A stretch of DNA of 64,000 nt from a virus (taxonomy: Duplodnaviria > Caudoviricetes). This document shows positions 52,222 to 62,008 of this stretch, piece by piece. The notes under the pieces are model-generated. The model was not told the DNA's origin. It searched no databases and worked only from the letters and a program-made list of their open reading frames with translations. The stretch lies in IMG/VR virus record IMGVR_UViG_3300037797_000133, positions 14,597 to 78,596 of that record; one strand, 5' to 3'. A program made the translations under genes and the position numbers. The stretch's first letter is position 1. Each line of letters opens with the position of its first letter.

Positions 52222-52312
52222 CTCCAGTCGCTGGGGGACGGGGTCGCTCGCTGGCCGCCCCGGCCCCCAGCAATCCAGCCAGCGACCCTGAGGCCAGCGG
52301 AGAGAGCGAGCA

Positions 52313-52804
52313 ATGGCCAGCACCATCGACGAGATCCTCGCCCGCAAGAAGCCGGTCGAGGTCACGCTCAACGTGAAGATGGGCGACGAGGACGACAAGG
52401 TCGACTTCGTCATCCGTGCCGTCGGCCGCAAGGCGTGGAAGAAGCTGGTCGACGAGTACCAGCCGAAGCCCGCCCAGCAGGACGAGTACCAGGCCCGCCA
52501 GCGCGCCGCCGGGATCGCCGAACGGAACGTCGAACGGCTCGAGTACGACCCCGAACGGTTCCCCGCGGTGTGCTTGGCGGCGACGTTCCACGACCCGGCG
52601 CTCACCATCGAGGAAGCCCAGCGGCTGTGGGACTCGGAGGTGTTCTCCGACGGTGAGCTCGAACGCATCTTCGCCGCCTGCATGGGCATCAACCGAATCG
52701 CCGACGGCACGGTGAACTGGGGAAAAGGATCGCCGGAGACGCCCGACTCCGAGACCAGCTCGCCGTCTCCCGAGCCTTCAAGCGACCCCTCTCCGAGTTC
52801 CTGA
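52313..52804 (+). CDS. tail assembly chaperone (gpG-like)
   Basis: Position; G GGA AAA slippery site near the 3' end. Confidence 0.8.
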   Translation: MASTIDEILARKKPVEVTLNVKMGDEDDKVDFVIRAVGRKAWKKLVDEYQPKPAQQDEYQARQRAAGIAERNVERLEYDPERFPAVCLAATFHDPALTIEEAQRLWDSEVFSDGELERIFAACMGINRIADGTVNWGKGSPETPDSETSSPSPEPSSDPSPSS

Positions 52805-53118
52805 CCTGGTCGGACGACGACCAGGACGCGGCGATCGCCTACGAGGCGTGGCTGCTCCAGCAGCGGGCCGAGCGCTGCGGCCGATGCGGTCACCACCCGG
52901 ACGACTTCACCGACCCGGATGTGGCGTGGGAGACGAACGAGGTCACCTGCCTCGGCTGCCGTGCCCTCGCCGCAGGCGAAGAGGATCTGTCGGACAAGCG
53001 GCGCCGGTACGTGACGGTGCGCCTCGACCCGATCCCGCTGGCGGAAGTCGAGCGGCGCCTCGACGCCGAAGCTGCATCCGACGCCGAGCGTGCCACTGCG
53101 TCGACCGTGACCAGGTGA
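52313..53118 (+). CDS. frameshifted tail assembly chaperone (gpGT-like), -1 frameshift at 52720-52726
   Basis: GGGAAAA; the -1 frame continues RIAGDARLRDQL...WSDDDQDAAIAY...CGRCG...CLGC to stop 53118. Confidence 0.8.
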
Positions 53119-53137
53119 ACGGCCAGCGGGGCGAGCC

Positions 53138-56100
53138 TTGAACAACATCGAGATCGCCCTTCGGCTGAACCTCGGCAACTTCACCGCCCAAGCGGGGGCG
53201 GCTGCCGGCGTGGTCCGCAAGATGGGCTCGGACATGGCCGGCGTCGGCAAGAGCGTCGGCACTGGCCTTCAAGGCGCGGGGGCGAGCGCGAAGCAGTTCG
53301 GCGCCGACGTCGGCGGCGCGTTCAAGGGTGTCGGAGCCGGCATCAAGCAGGCCGGCTCCGAGGTGTCCGGGTTCGGGCGCAAGCTCGCCGCCGAGGCCGA
53401 CATCCCGAAGGTGTCGCTCGAGGGTCTGTCTCGCGGCGCCATGGTGATGGGCGCCGGCATGCTCGCCGGGTTCGGGCTGGCCACGAAGGCGACGATGGAG
53501 TTCGACGCCCAGCTGTCCGAGCTCGCGGCGGTCTCTGGTGCGACCGGCGCGCAGATGAGCCAGCTGCGCGAGCAGGCGTTGCAGATGGGCGCAGACACGG
53601 CGTTCAGCGCCTCGGAGGCGGCCGAAGCGCAGACGGAGCTGAGCAAGGCTGGCGTCTCGACCGCCGACATCATGGGCGGCGCCCTGTCCGGCGCCCTCGG
53701 CCTGGCCGGCGCCGGGTCCCTCGCCCTCGCCGAAGCGGCGACGATCGCCGCGAACACGATGGTCCAGTTCGGTCTGTCGGGCAAGGACGTCGAGAGCATC
53801 GCTGACGCCCTCGCCAACGCGGCGAACTCGACCGGTGGTGACGTCGCCGACTTCGGGGCGTCGATGAACCAGACGGCCCTCGTCGCCGATCAGCTCGGCC
53901 TCAGCATGGAAGACACCGTCGGCACGCTGACGGCGTTCGCCTACGCAGGCCTCAAGGGCTCCGACGCCGGCACGTCGATGAAGACGATGTTGGCGTCGTT
54001 CATCCCGAAGTCCGTCGAGGCAGCAGCGACGATGGAGCAGCTGGGCCTCGAGTTCTTCGACGCGCAGGGCAACTTCGTCGGCATCTCCGAGGCCGCCGGC
54101 CAGCTGCAAGAGAAGATGTCCGGGCTGACGGTCGAGCAGCGGGCCGCCGCCATGCAGACCATCTTCGGGTCCGACGCCGTGCGCGCCGCGAACATCCTCT
54201 ACCAGGAGGGCGCCGCCGGCATCGAAGGCTGGATCGACAGCGTCTCCAAGTCTGGCACCGCCTCCCTGATGGCCGCCCAGAAGATGAACAACCTGAAGGG
54301 CGACATCGAGCAGCTCAAGGGCTCGCTCGAGACCGCCCTCATCGGCGTCGGCGACGCCGGGACGGGCCCTCTGCGGTCGCTGGTGCAGAACCTGACCGGG
54401 GTGGTCAACGCCTTCAACGGGCTGCCCGGCCCCGCCAAGGCCGGCGTCGGAGCGGTTCTCGGCATCGGCGGGGCGGCGATCACCGCCGTCGGCGCGCTCG
54501 GCGCCCTGTACCCGAAGCTCGTCGCTGGCAAGGCGGCTCTCGCCAGCATGGGCACCGTTGGCCAGGCGGCAGCCGGCAACCTCAAGGGCTTCGTCGGGAT
54601 CGTCGGCACGATCGGCGCTGTCGCCGGCGCACTGAGCCTCCTCGACGGCGCCGCGAAGAAGCTCCGACCGATCGAGGAGTTCGACGGGTCCGCCCTCGAG
54701 AACAGCCTCCTGAACATCGCCGAGGGCGGCAAGGCGTCGGGCGATGCCCTCGGCCTGCTCGGCGAGGATTTCGGCGGTCTCGAGGACGCCATGTCCCGGG
54801 TCTTCGACAAGTCGAACGCCGAGGGTGTCCTGGACATCATTCACCCCGGCGACGTGCACGACCTTGAGCAGGCGAAGAAGAGCATCGACGACGTCGACAA
54901 GGCGCTCGCCAGCCTCGCCGCCAAGGACCCGGGCGCTGCCGCCACGGCGTTCGAGCGGATCAGCGACGCGATGATCGACGCGGGCATGTCGACAGGGGAC
55001 GTCGAGTCCGCCTTCGACGACTACGGCTCTGCGCTTCTCGAGCTCGACACCAGCAGCCGCACCGCCGAGGGGGCGACCGACAGCCTGACCGGCGCCGTCG
55101 GCGAGCAGGCCGGGGCGTACGAGGAAGCCGAGTCGGCGCTGCGCGACTACCTCGACGCGCAGAAAGCCCAGTTCGACCCGTTGTTCGCTGCGATCGACGC
55201 GACGAACGGCGTGCGCGACGCCCAGGTCGGCTACGAGGACGCCCTGGTCGGGGTGGAGGACGCTCAGGGCGCCCTGAACGCCGCCATCGCGGAGCATGGT
55301 CGGAACAGCCCTGAGGCGGCAGCGGCGTCGCGTGACCTCGCCCAAGCGCAACGGGACCTCGACGACTCGTCGGTCGGCGCGGCGCAGGCGGCGCTCGAGA
55401 TGGACCAGGCGCTCGTCGGGCTCGCTGACGGGGTGAGCGCTGGCAGCGTCTCGGTCGGCGACGCGACGGCGATGCTGAACAACTGGGTGGCGGCGGGGTG
55501 GGTGACCCAGGGCCAGGCCGACCAGGTCGCAGCAAAGTTCGGGATCCTGTCCCTCGCCGCTGACGACGTGGCAGGCAAGCGGGTCGACATCCCGATCAGC
55601 GAGACCGGCGGCCCGGCGACGAGGGCTGAGCTGCACGGCGTCCGCGACGCGGCGATGCTGACCGACGAGCAGAACCCGATCGTCGCGATCATGGAGTCCG
55701 GCGCCGGGAACGTGGTGCAGCGGATCTTCAGCGTTGTCGGCGCAGCGCGAGTGGCCGACGCTCAGGCTCCGAACATCCCTGTCTCCGAGTCCGGTTCCGG
55801 CAACGTCGTGCAGCGGCTCTTCGGCGTCACCGGCGCGGCCCGTACGACGGGCGCCCAGCGGCCGAACGTGGGCGTGTCCGAGACCGGGGCCGGCAACGTG
55901 ATCCAGCGCCTGTTCGGTGTGGGTGGCGCGGCACGGGCGATTCCGAGCAGCCGACACACGAGCCTCGGCGCGACGGACAACGCATCCGGGACGATCGGCA
56001 GCGTCCAGCGAAGCCTCAACGGGCTGCGCGACCGCAGCATCACCGTCTCGGTCCACTACCAGAAGACCGGCGACGCCGCCGCCGCCATCCAGGCAGGCAA

Positions 56101-57157
56101 GGAACGCCGCTGGGGTGGCGCCCACGAGATGCGCGGCGGGGTCCCCGTCGACATCGTGGCCGCCACCGGCGCCGCCTGGCAGGCAGGCGTGTACCGCGAT
56201 CCGACGATCCTGTTCGGGGAACGTCAAACCGGTGGCGAGGCGATGATCCCGCGTCTCGGCAACCGTGACCGCTCCGAGCGCATCCTCGAGACCGCCGCCG
56301 GCTGGTACGACCTCGCGGTCGTCCCCGCCGATTCGATCGCCGCCGCGACCGGGTACGTGCCCGCAGGCGCTGGTGGCGGCGTGGGAGCGGCCGTCGACCT
56401 GGCCGCGGAGATCCGGGCTCAGACCGGGGTGACCGAACAGGGGCTGCGGCACACGGCGGACAACGTGGTCTCGCAGGTGCGCCACTCGGGCGACGTCGCC
56501 GTGTCCGCCACCCGCGATGTCGCAGGCGCGACCCGGACGGGGACGACCGCCGTCGAGAACCAGCTCAAGTTCGTGAACGCCGGGATCCTCGCCCTGCGCA
56601 CCGAAGAAGCTGCCCGTGCCGCCGTGCCACCCGGCGGCGCCACCAGCAGCGGAGGCGGGGGAGGCGGCGGAGGGGGAGGGCTGACGCGGCGTCAGCGCGC
56701 CGACCTCGGCGGCCACCGGTCGCCGGGCGACAAGTCCCAGTCGATCCTGCTCGGGTCGATCTCCCGGGCCCGCTGGGACCAGCTGATGGCGCAGGGCTGG
56801 CACGGCCACCGCGACGACCACCGTGAGGCCCTGTGGCCCCCGCATCTCGCCGCAGGCGGCTGGGTGAAGGCCAAGCCGGGCGGCATACCCGCCGTCGTCG
56901 GTGAGGGCCGCTGGGACGAACTGGTGGCCCCTGAGCCGATGGTGCGGTCCCTGCTCGAGGACGCCGCCCGCGCCGGCGGGGCGAGGGCTGTCCCCGTGGG
57001 GCGGACCGTGGTGATCAACGCGCCGGTGAACGTCGCCCTTCACGCCGGCAACGTCATCGCCGAACGGGATCTGCTCCGCCAGGTCGAAGAGATCGCCGAA
57101 GGACGGGTGTCCCGGGCGTTGCACGCGCTCGCCGACGAAGTTGGGGTGCGGGGCTGA
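53138..57157 (+). CDS. tape measure protein (TP901 family)
   Basis: 1339 aa, Ala/Gly-rich; F.ASEAAEAQTEL.KAG, GSDAGTS.KTML, IFGSDAVRAA, GEGRWDELVAP. Confidence 0.95.
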   Translation: MNNIEIALRLNLGNFTAQAGAAAGVVRKMGSDMAGVGKSVGTGLQGAGASAKQFGADVGGAFKGVGAGIKQAGSEVSGFGRKLAAEADIPKVSLEGLSRGAMVMGAGMLAGFGLATKATMEFDAQLSELAAVSGATGAQMSQLREQALQMGADTAFSASEAAEAQTELSKAGVSTADIMGGALSGALGLAGAGSLALAEAATIAANTMVQFGLSGKDVESIADALANAANSTGGDVADFGASMNQTALVADQLGLSMEDTVGTLTAFAYAGLKGSDAGTSMKTMLASFIPKSVEAAATMEQLGLEFFDAQGNFVGISEAAGQLQEKMSGLTVEQRAAAMQTIFGSDAVRAANILYQEGAAGIEGWIDSVSKSGTASLMAAQKMNNLKGDIEQLKGSLETALIGVGDAGTGPLRSLVQNLTGVVNAFNGLPGPAKAGVGAVLGIGGAAITAVGALGALYPKLVAGKAALASMGTVGQAAAGNLKGFVGIVGTIGAVAGALSLLDGAAKKLRPIEEFDGSALENSLLNIAEGGKASGDALGLLGEDFGGLEDAMSRVFDKSNAEGVLDIIHPGDVHDLEQAKKSIDDVDKALASLAAKDPGAAATAFERISDAMIDAGMSTGDVESAFDDYGSALLELDTSSRTAEGATDSLTGAVGEQAGAYEEAESALRDYLDAQKAQFDPLFAAIDATNGVRDAQVGYEDALVGVEDAQGALNAAIAEHGRNSPEAAAASRDLAQAQRDLDDSSVGAAQAALEMDQALVGLADGVSAGSVSVGDATAMLNNWVAAGWVTQGQADQVAAKFGILSLAADDVAGKRVDIPISETGGPATRAELHGVRDAAMLTDEQNPIVAIMESGAGNVVQRIFSVVGAARVADAQAPNIPVSESGSGNVVQRLFGVTGAARTTGAQRPNVGVSETGAGNVIQRLFGVGGAARAIPSSRHTSLGATDNASGTIGSVQRSLNGLRDRSITVSVHYQKTGDAAAAIQAGKERRWGGAHEMRGGVPVDIVAATGAAWQAGVYRDPTILFGERQTGGEAMIPRLGNRDRSERILETAAGWYDLAVVPADSIAAATGYVPAGAGGGVGAAVDLAAEIRAQTGVTEQGLRHTADNVVSQVRHSGDVAVSATRDVAGATRTGTTAVENQLKFVNAGILALRTEEAARAAVPPGGATSSGGGGGGGGGGLTRRQRADLGGHRSPGDKSQSILLGSISRARWDQLMAQGWHGHRDDHREALWPPHLAAGGWVKAKPGGIPAVVGEGRWDELVAPEPMVRSLLEDAARAGGARAVPVGRTVVINAPVNVALHAGNVIAERDLLRQVEEIAEGRVSRALHALADEVGVRG

Positions 57158-59277
57158 TGCCGATCGTCGAGCTGGTCCCGGAGTCCCGTGTCGAGGAGTC
57201 CGGGTCGTTCACCGTGGTCAGCGCCGCGAACTCGGCGGTCGCCCTCTCGGACGGCAGCAACTCGACCTATGTGCGGGCGGGCGGGTCGACGACGACGGAC
57301 GGCTGGTACTGCCGGTTCCTGATGACGGCCTTGTCGATCCCGGCGGGTTCGATCGTCGAGAAGGTGCAGCTGGCCTTCCTGTACAGCCACGCCGTGTTCT
57401 CGCCGCCGAACTCGGAGATCTTGCGGGCGTACACGGTGCTGGTCGGCCGGCCGTCGGGCGGCGGCCACGACTACTTCGGGTACACGTCGGGGGAGGTGAC
57501 GCCGTCGTGGGAGAACAACTCGGCGACGATCCACACCTGGTACTCCGGCTTCAAGGAGACGTATCAGACGTCGTCGGGGGCGAAGTACATCGGTGACGTC
57601 GCCACCGGGACCGGTGTCCGGTTCTACGTCGACTGCAACACCAAACGGGGCTACCCGTGGTCGATCGCCCGGATGTACCAGCTGATCCTCCGGGTGCACT
57701 ACAACTCGCCGCCGGTCGCGACGGTGACCGCCCCGACGGGAACGGTTCTCGTTTCGCGGCCGCCGGTGTCGTGGACGCACGTCGACTCCGACGGCGACCC
57801 GCAGACCGGCTACGACCTGCGAATCTTCTCGCAGGCCCAGTACTCGGCGCCGTCGTTCAACGTCGAGACGACGACCCCCGCCTATAAGCGGATCGGGTCC
57901 GGCACCGGGGAGACGACGCACACCCCGACGAAAGCCCCGGGCCCGAACGGCAACTACCGGGCGTACGTGCGCACCCAGCAGCGCAAGATCGCCGGTGACG
58001 CCCTCTACTCGGCGTGGGATTCCGAGGACTTCACCACCAACGCCGACACCCCGCCGGCCCCGGCGATCTCGGCGACGTACGACTCGGGCGCTGCCGCGAT
58101 CGTCGTGCAGGTCAACGGCAGGGCGAACCTGCTCACCGGCGCCCAGTCGTCGTTCGAGACGGCACCGACTCCGACGCCGACAGCGGGCACGAACACGACC
58201 CTTCTGCGGGTCCAGACGACCGGCACGCCACCGAACGGCACGTGGGCGTACCAGATCACGAAGACCGTCTCGACGGGCACGGCGAGCATGGTCGTGAACC
58301 CGACGTCGGGGTCCGTCTACGGGGCCCCTGTGACGGCCGGCGCGAGCTACGACGCCCGCGCCTCGTTCCGTGCCGCGGTCACCGGACGCCAGTGCACCGT
58401 GGCCATCACGTGGCTCACGGCGGCGGGGTCGTCGATCTCGACGTCGACGAGCACGGCGATCACCGACACGACCGGCGGCTGGACCGAAGCGCAGATCACC
58501 GCCACCGCACCCGCCACCTCGGCGTTCGCGCAGATCACCGCGGCCATCGCCTCCGCCGCCACCTCGGAGGTGCATCGGGTCGACAAGGTGTCGCTGTCCC
58601 CGACGGGCGCCGGCGCCTGGTCCCTCGGCGGGTTCGCGTCGACCGCCCACGTCGTCACCATCCAACGGTCCTTCAACGCCGGCACCACCTGGACCGACGT
58701 CCCCGCAGCACGGGTCACCCAGGATCCGCTCAACCAGGCGGCCGAGCTGTACGACTGGGAGGTCCCGTCGGGGGCGACCGTCCACTACCGGGCCAACGCC
58801 GAGTCGACCGACCCGAACGGCGACCCGGCCACCAGCCCCTGGTCGTCCACGGACGACGCCACCAACGCCGTTCTCAGCTCGTGGATGCTCCGCGACCTCG
58901 AAGACCCCGACCAGCTCTCCATGCCGCTGGTGATGCTCGACGGGTACAAGCTCAACAGCCAGATCCCCGGCACCACCGACTACCCGCTCGGGTCGTCGTC
59001 GGCTGTCGTCGTCCACGACGGCCGCAAGGACCCGGTGCTGTCCGGCGACATCCTGCTCCGCGACCAGGCGGCCGTGACGCTGTGGCGATCCATCGTCGGC
59101 TCCGGCAACACCCTGCTCTTGCAGGATGTGCGCGGGGAGCAGTGGTACGTACAGGTCGGCGACTACGACGAAGTGCCGACGAACGCCGCCCCGCTCGCCA
59201 CGGAGACGACCCCGGTGTCGTGGTCGACGTTCGTGCGGGGCGTCACGTTCGTCTCCGTGGCGAGGCCCGGTGGCTAG
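57157..59277 (+). CDS. minor tail protein with Ig/Fn3-like domains
   Basis: Thr/Ser-rich beta domains directly after the tape measure gene. Confidence 0.7.
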   Translation: MPIVELVPESRVEESGSFTVVSAANSAVALSDGSNSTYVRAGGSTTTDGWYCRFLMTALSIPAGSIVEKVQLAFLYSHAVFSPPNSEILRAYTVLVGRPSGGGHDYFGYTSGEVTPSWENNSATIHTWYSGFKETYQTSSGAKYIGDVATGTGVRFYVDCNTKRGYPWSIARMYQLILRVHYNSPPVATVTAPTGTVLVSRPPVSWTHVDSDGDPQTGYDLRIFSQAQYSAPSFNVETTTPAYKRIGSGTGETTHTPTKAPGPNGNYRAYVRTQQRKIAGDALYSAWDSEDFTTNADTPPAPAISATYDSGAAAIVVQVNGRANLLTGAQSSFETAPTPTPTAGTNTTLLRVQTTGTPPNGTWAYQITKTVSTGTASMVVNPTSGSVYGAPVTAGASYDARASFRAAVTGRQCTVAITWLTAAGSSISTSTSTAITDTTGGWTEAQITATAPATSAFAQITAAIASAATSEVHRVDKVSLSPTGAGAWSLGGFASTAHVVTIQRSFNAGTTWTDVPAARVTQDPLNQAAELYDWEVPSGATVHYRANAESTDPNGDPATSPWSSTDDATNAVLSSWMLRDLEDPDQLSMPLVMLDGYKLNSQIPGTTDYPLGSSSAVVVHDGRKDPVLSGDILLRDQAAVTLWRSIVGSGNTLLLQDVRGEQWYVQVGDYDEVPTNAAPLATETTPVSWSTFVRGVTFVSVARPGG

Positions 59278-60457
59278 ACCGCTCTCCGACGAGCTCGCCC
59301 AGGCGGTCACCTACGGGGGCGGCATCGAGACCACCGTGGACGTGTACGGGCGGGACGGGTCGCTGCTCTGCTCGTCGCACGCCTCCGAGACCTCGGGTGA
59401 CGACACGCCCCGCATCTACGTGGTCGACGGGTCGATCTCCACCGACGAGTCCCGTGACGTCCCCGGCTCGGGCGCCCTCACTGTGCTCGTCGACGCGGAG
59501 ACCGCCGCCGGTGTCCTCCCGTACAGCGCTGGTTCGCCCCTGTCGCCGATCAACGGGGCGATGGTGTACGTCGGGTACCGGGCCACCGCCGGGGGCGCCA
59601 CAACCCCGTACGGGGCCTATGAGGTGCTGAAAGCGGAGATCGACGAGTCGGCGGAAGGGATCACCCTCGGTCTGTCGCTGGCCGACCGGGCGCAGCGGAT
59701 CAAACGGGCGAAGCTGTGGCGGGGCCGCAAGATCATCGCCGGGTCCAGCTACACGACCGCGTTCGAAGCGATGCTGATCTCCGCGCTCGGCGACGGCGTG
59801 AACGTCACGATCGAGTACACGTCGATCCGGACGCCGCTGCTCACCTGGGGCGAAGACGACGACCGGCTCGAAGCCGTGAACAGCCTCGCGACAGCGATCG
59901 GCTACCGGGTCGAGTGGAACGCCAACGGCGTCGGCGACGTGTGGGTCGGCCCGGACACCGACACCGGCGACGAACCCATCTGGACCATCTACGAAGGTGG
60001 CAACACGCTGGTCTCCCGCCTGAACCGGGAGCTGTCCGACGAGGACACCTACAACGGTGTCGTCGCCCGCGGCGAGTCCGCCGCATCGGACGGGCCGCCG
60101 ATCCGGTACGAGAAGTGGGACACCGACCCCGACTCGCTCACCTACTTCGACCCCGACATCCCCGAAGCCTCAGCGATGGGCCCCGTCCCGTACGTCCACT
60201 CCGACAAGCAGATCACCTCGAACGCCCAAGCAGCGTCCGTCTGCGAGGCGCTGCTGCCGAAGAAGCTCGGGCTCGTCGAACGGCTCCGCATCGAACGGCC
60301 CCTCCACCCGGGCATCCAGGTCGCCGACCCGATCTACGTCGAACGGCCCTCCATCGGGGCGTCCGGCGTGTTCATCGTCGAATCGACCAACGTCGCGTTG
60401 AAAGCCAGCGCCGGGCGCATGTCGATCGTGTGCAGGGAAAGGCGGCTCTTCCAATGA
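59270..60457 (+). CDS. minor tail (hub/Tal-like, DUF5047-like) protein
   Basis: YNGVVARGE...GPVPY; position. Confidence 0.7.
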   Translation: MARPLSDELAQAVTYGGGIETTVDVYGRDGSLLCSSHASETSGDDTPRIYVVDGSISTDESRDVPGSGALTVLVDAETAAGVLPYSAGSPLSPINGAMVYVGYRATAGGATTPYGAYEVLKAEIDESAEGITLGLSLADRAQRIKRAKLWRGRKIIAGSSYTTAFEAMLISALGDGVNVTIEYTSIRTPLLTWGEDDDRLEAVNSLATAIGYRVEWNANGVGDVWVGPDTDTGDEPIWTIYEGGNTLVSRLNRELSDEDTYNGVVARGESAASDGPPIRYEKWDTDPDSLTYFDPDIPEASAMGPVPYVHSDKQITSNAQAASVCEALLPKKLGLVERLRIERPLHPGIQVADPIYVERPSIGASGVFIVESTNVALKASAGRMSIVCRERRLFQ

Positions 60458-61704
60458 CCGACGTCAGAGCCGTGTCCCGGGCAGCGGCGAAGGTCAAGCA
60501 GACCCGCGACAAAGCCGTCCCCGGCGGGCGGGCCGCCTACAACATGTCGATCGTCCGGACCGTCGACGGCGCCGACACGGTCACGCTCGAGGACGGCTCC
60601 GACGAAGGCCGCCCCGTCGCCTACCTCGGCAACCCGTGGGACTACCACCCGGGGATGCGGGTGTGCTGGATCGACGAGGCGGGCGCCCCGCTCGTCGTGG
60701 GCCCCGACCCGGGCATGGGCGCCTCCGTCGAGAACGGCACCCTCCCCGACTGGACGACCCCGCTGCTCGGGAACTCGTGGGTCGACTACGGCTCCGGCTA
60801 CGCGGCGGCCCGCTACTACCAGCAGCCCGACGGCTGGACCCGCCTCTCCGGCCTCATCAAATCCGGTACGGACAGCGCCACCATGTTCGTGGTCCCGGAC
60901 CCGCCGCCGTTCAACTGCTACTTCAACGTGAACAGCAACAACACCACCGCGATCCTCGCGGTGGGGACGAACGGGTCGGTGTCGAAGCTGAGCGGCGGCA
61001 ACAACACCTTCGTGTCCCTCGACAACGTCGTGTTCCCCCACGACTGGAACCACCGGGCGTGGCAGATAGCCGCGCTCCAAGGGACGTGGGACCACGAAGA
61101 CGGGTTCTCCGAGGGCCCGCCGGAGGTGTACGTCCGCGACGACGGCTGGTGCTGGTGGCACGGAGCTTTCAAGGCCGGCACGGTGAACACGGCGGCGCTG
61201 CTGCTCCCGCAGGACGCCCGGGTGTACCGGTACCACCAGATGCACCCGGTCGCCTCGTACACGGTCGCCGGCGTCGTCAACCTCGTCACGAACAACCGCG
61301 GCTACCTGCTGCCGACCAGCGCGCAGACCGTCCCGTACATGCTCGGCGGGGTGAACTACTTCGGGCACCGCGCCGCCGACGACCAGTTCGCGACGTTCAC
61401 CCCCAGCAACGGGTGGTCGGTGTTCGGCAGCATGTACCAGCCGCCCGGCTACACGAAGGACCGCTACGGGGTCGTCCACCTGCGCGGCCTAGTGCAGGCG
61501 ACCGGCAAGACCAGCAACGTGATCACGACCCTGCCCGCCGGCTACCGGCCCAGCGCGACGCTCGTGTTCAACGCCATCGGCGGCTCCGGCAACGGCACCC
61601 AGTCCCGCATCGACATCACCTCGAGCGGCGCCGTGACGTGGATCTCCGGCAGCGCGACCGGCTTCCTCTCGCTCAACCAGATCTCGTTTAGGGCGGAGCT
61701 GTAA
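60454..61704 (+). CDS. tail fibre / receptor-binding protein
   Basis: Three repeats of W...L.N.W......Y....G...L.GL pattern. Confidence 0.7.
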   Translation: MTDVRAVSRAAAKVKQTRDKAVPGGRAAYNMSIVRTVDGADTVTLEDGSDEGRPVAYLGNPWDYHPGMRVCWIDEAGAPLVVGPDPGMGASVENGTLPDWTTPLLGNSWVDYGSGYAAARYYQQPDGWTRLSGLIKSGTDSATMFVVPDPPPFNCYFNVNSNNTTAILAVGTNGSVSKLSGGNNTFVSLDNVVFPHDWNHRAWQIAALQGTWDHEDGFSEGPPEVYVRDDGWCWWHGAFKAGTVNTAALLLPQDARVYRYHQMHPVASYTVAGVVNLVTNNRGYLLPTSAQTVPYMLGGVNYFGHRAADDQFATFTPSNGWSVFGSMYQPPGYTKDRYGVVHLRGLVQATGKTSNVITTLPAGYRPSATLVFNAIGGSGNGTQSRIDITSSGAVTWISGSATGFLSLNQISFRAEL

Positions 61705-61753
61705 CCCCCACTGCATCCCGGCCGCACGCTGGGACAACGCTGATCGTGGCGGC

Positions 61754-62008
61754 ATGGCCAGCACCGACGACGAGTACGTCTTCCACGACGGCAGCGACGT
61801 CGAGATCGACGCACCCGCCGACGACCCGCCCCGCTCCGGCGAGTGGATCGACGCCGAACCGGCCCAGGAGCCCCTGACCGACGCCGAGGCCGCCCTCGGC
61901 GCCTACGTCGGCGACGCGATCGACATCAACGACGACGAGGACAACGGCGTCCCCGCCCTCGAGCTGCTCGCCGCAGTCGTCGACCAGGAGCGCCCCGATG
62001 GCCGGTGA
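61754..62008 (+). CDS. acidic hypothetical protein
   Basis: ATG at leaderless position of the 61711 CTGCATCC promoter. Confidence 0.65.
   Translation: MASTDDEYVFHDGSDVEIDAPADDPPRSGEWIDAEPAQEPLTDAEAALGAYVGDAIDINDDEDNGVPALELLAAVVDQERPDGR

Noticed and set aside
52943-57124. 1393-aa minus-strand ORF, and similar long antisense ORFs (e.g. 2195-3619, 40300-42426, 57040-59310)
   Set aside because: Shadow ORFs of high-GC coding strands: Arg/Gly/Pro-rich, no motifs, fully overlapping well-supported plus-strand genes.
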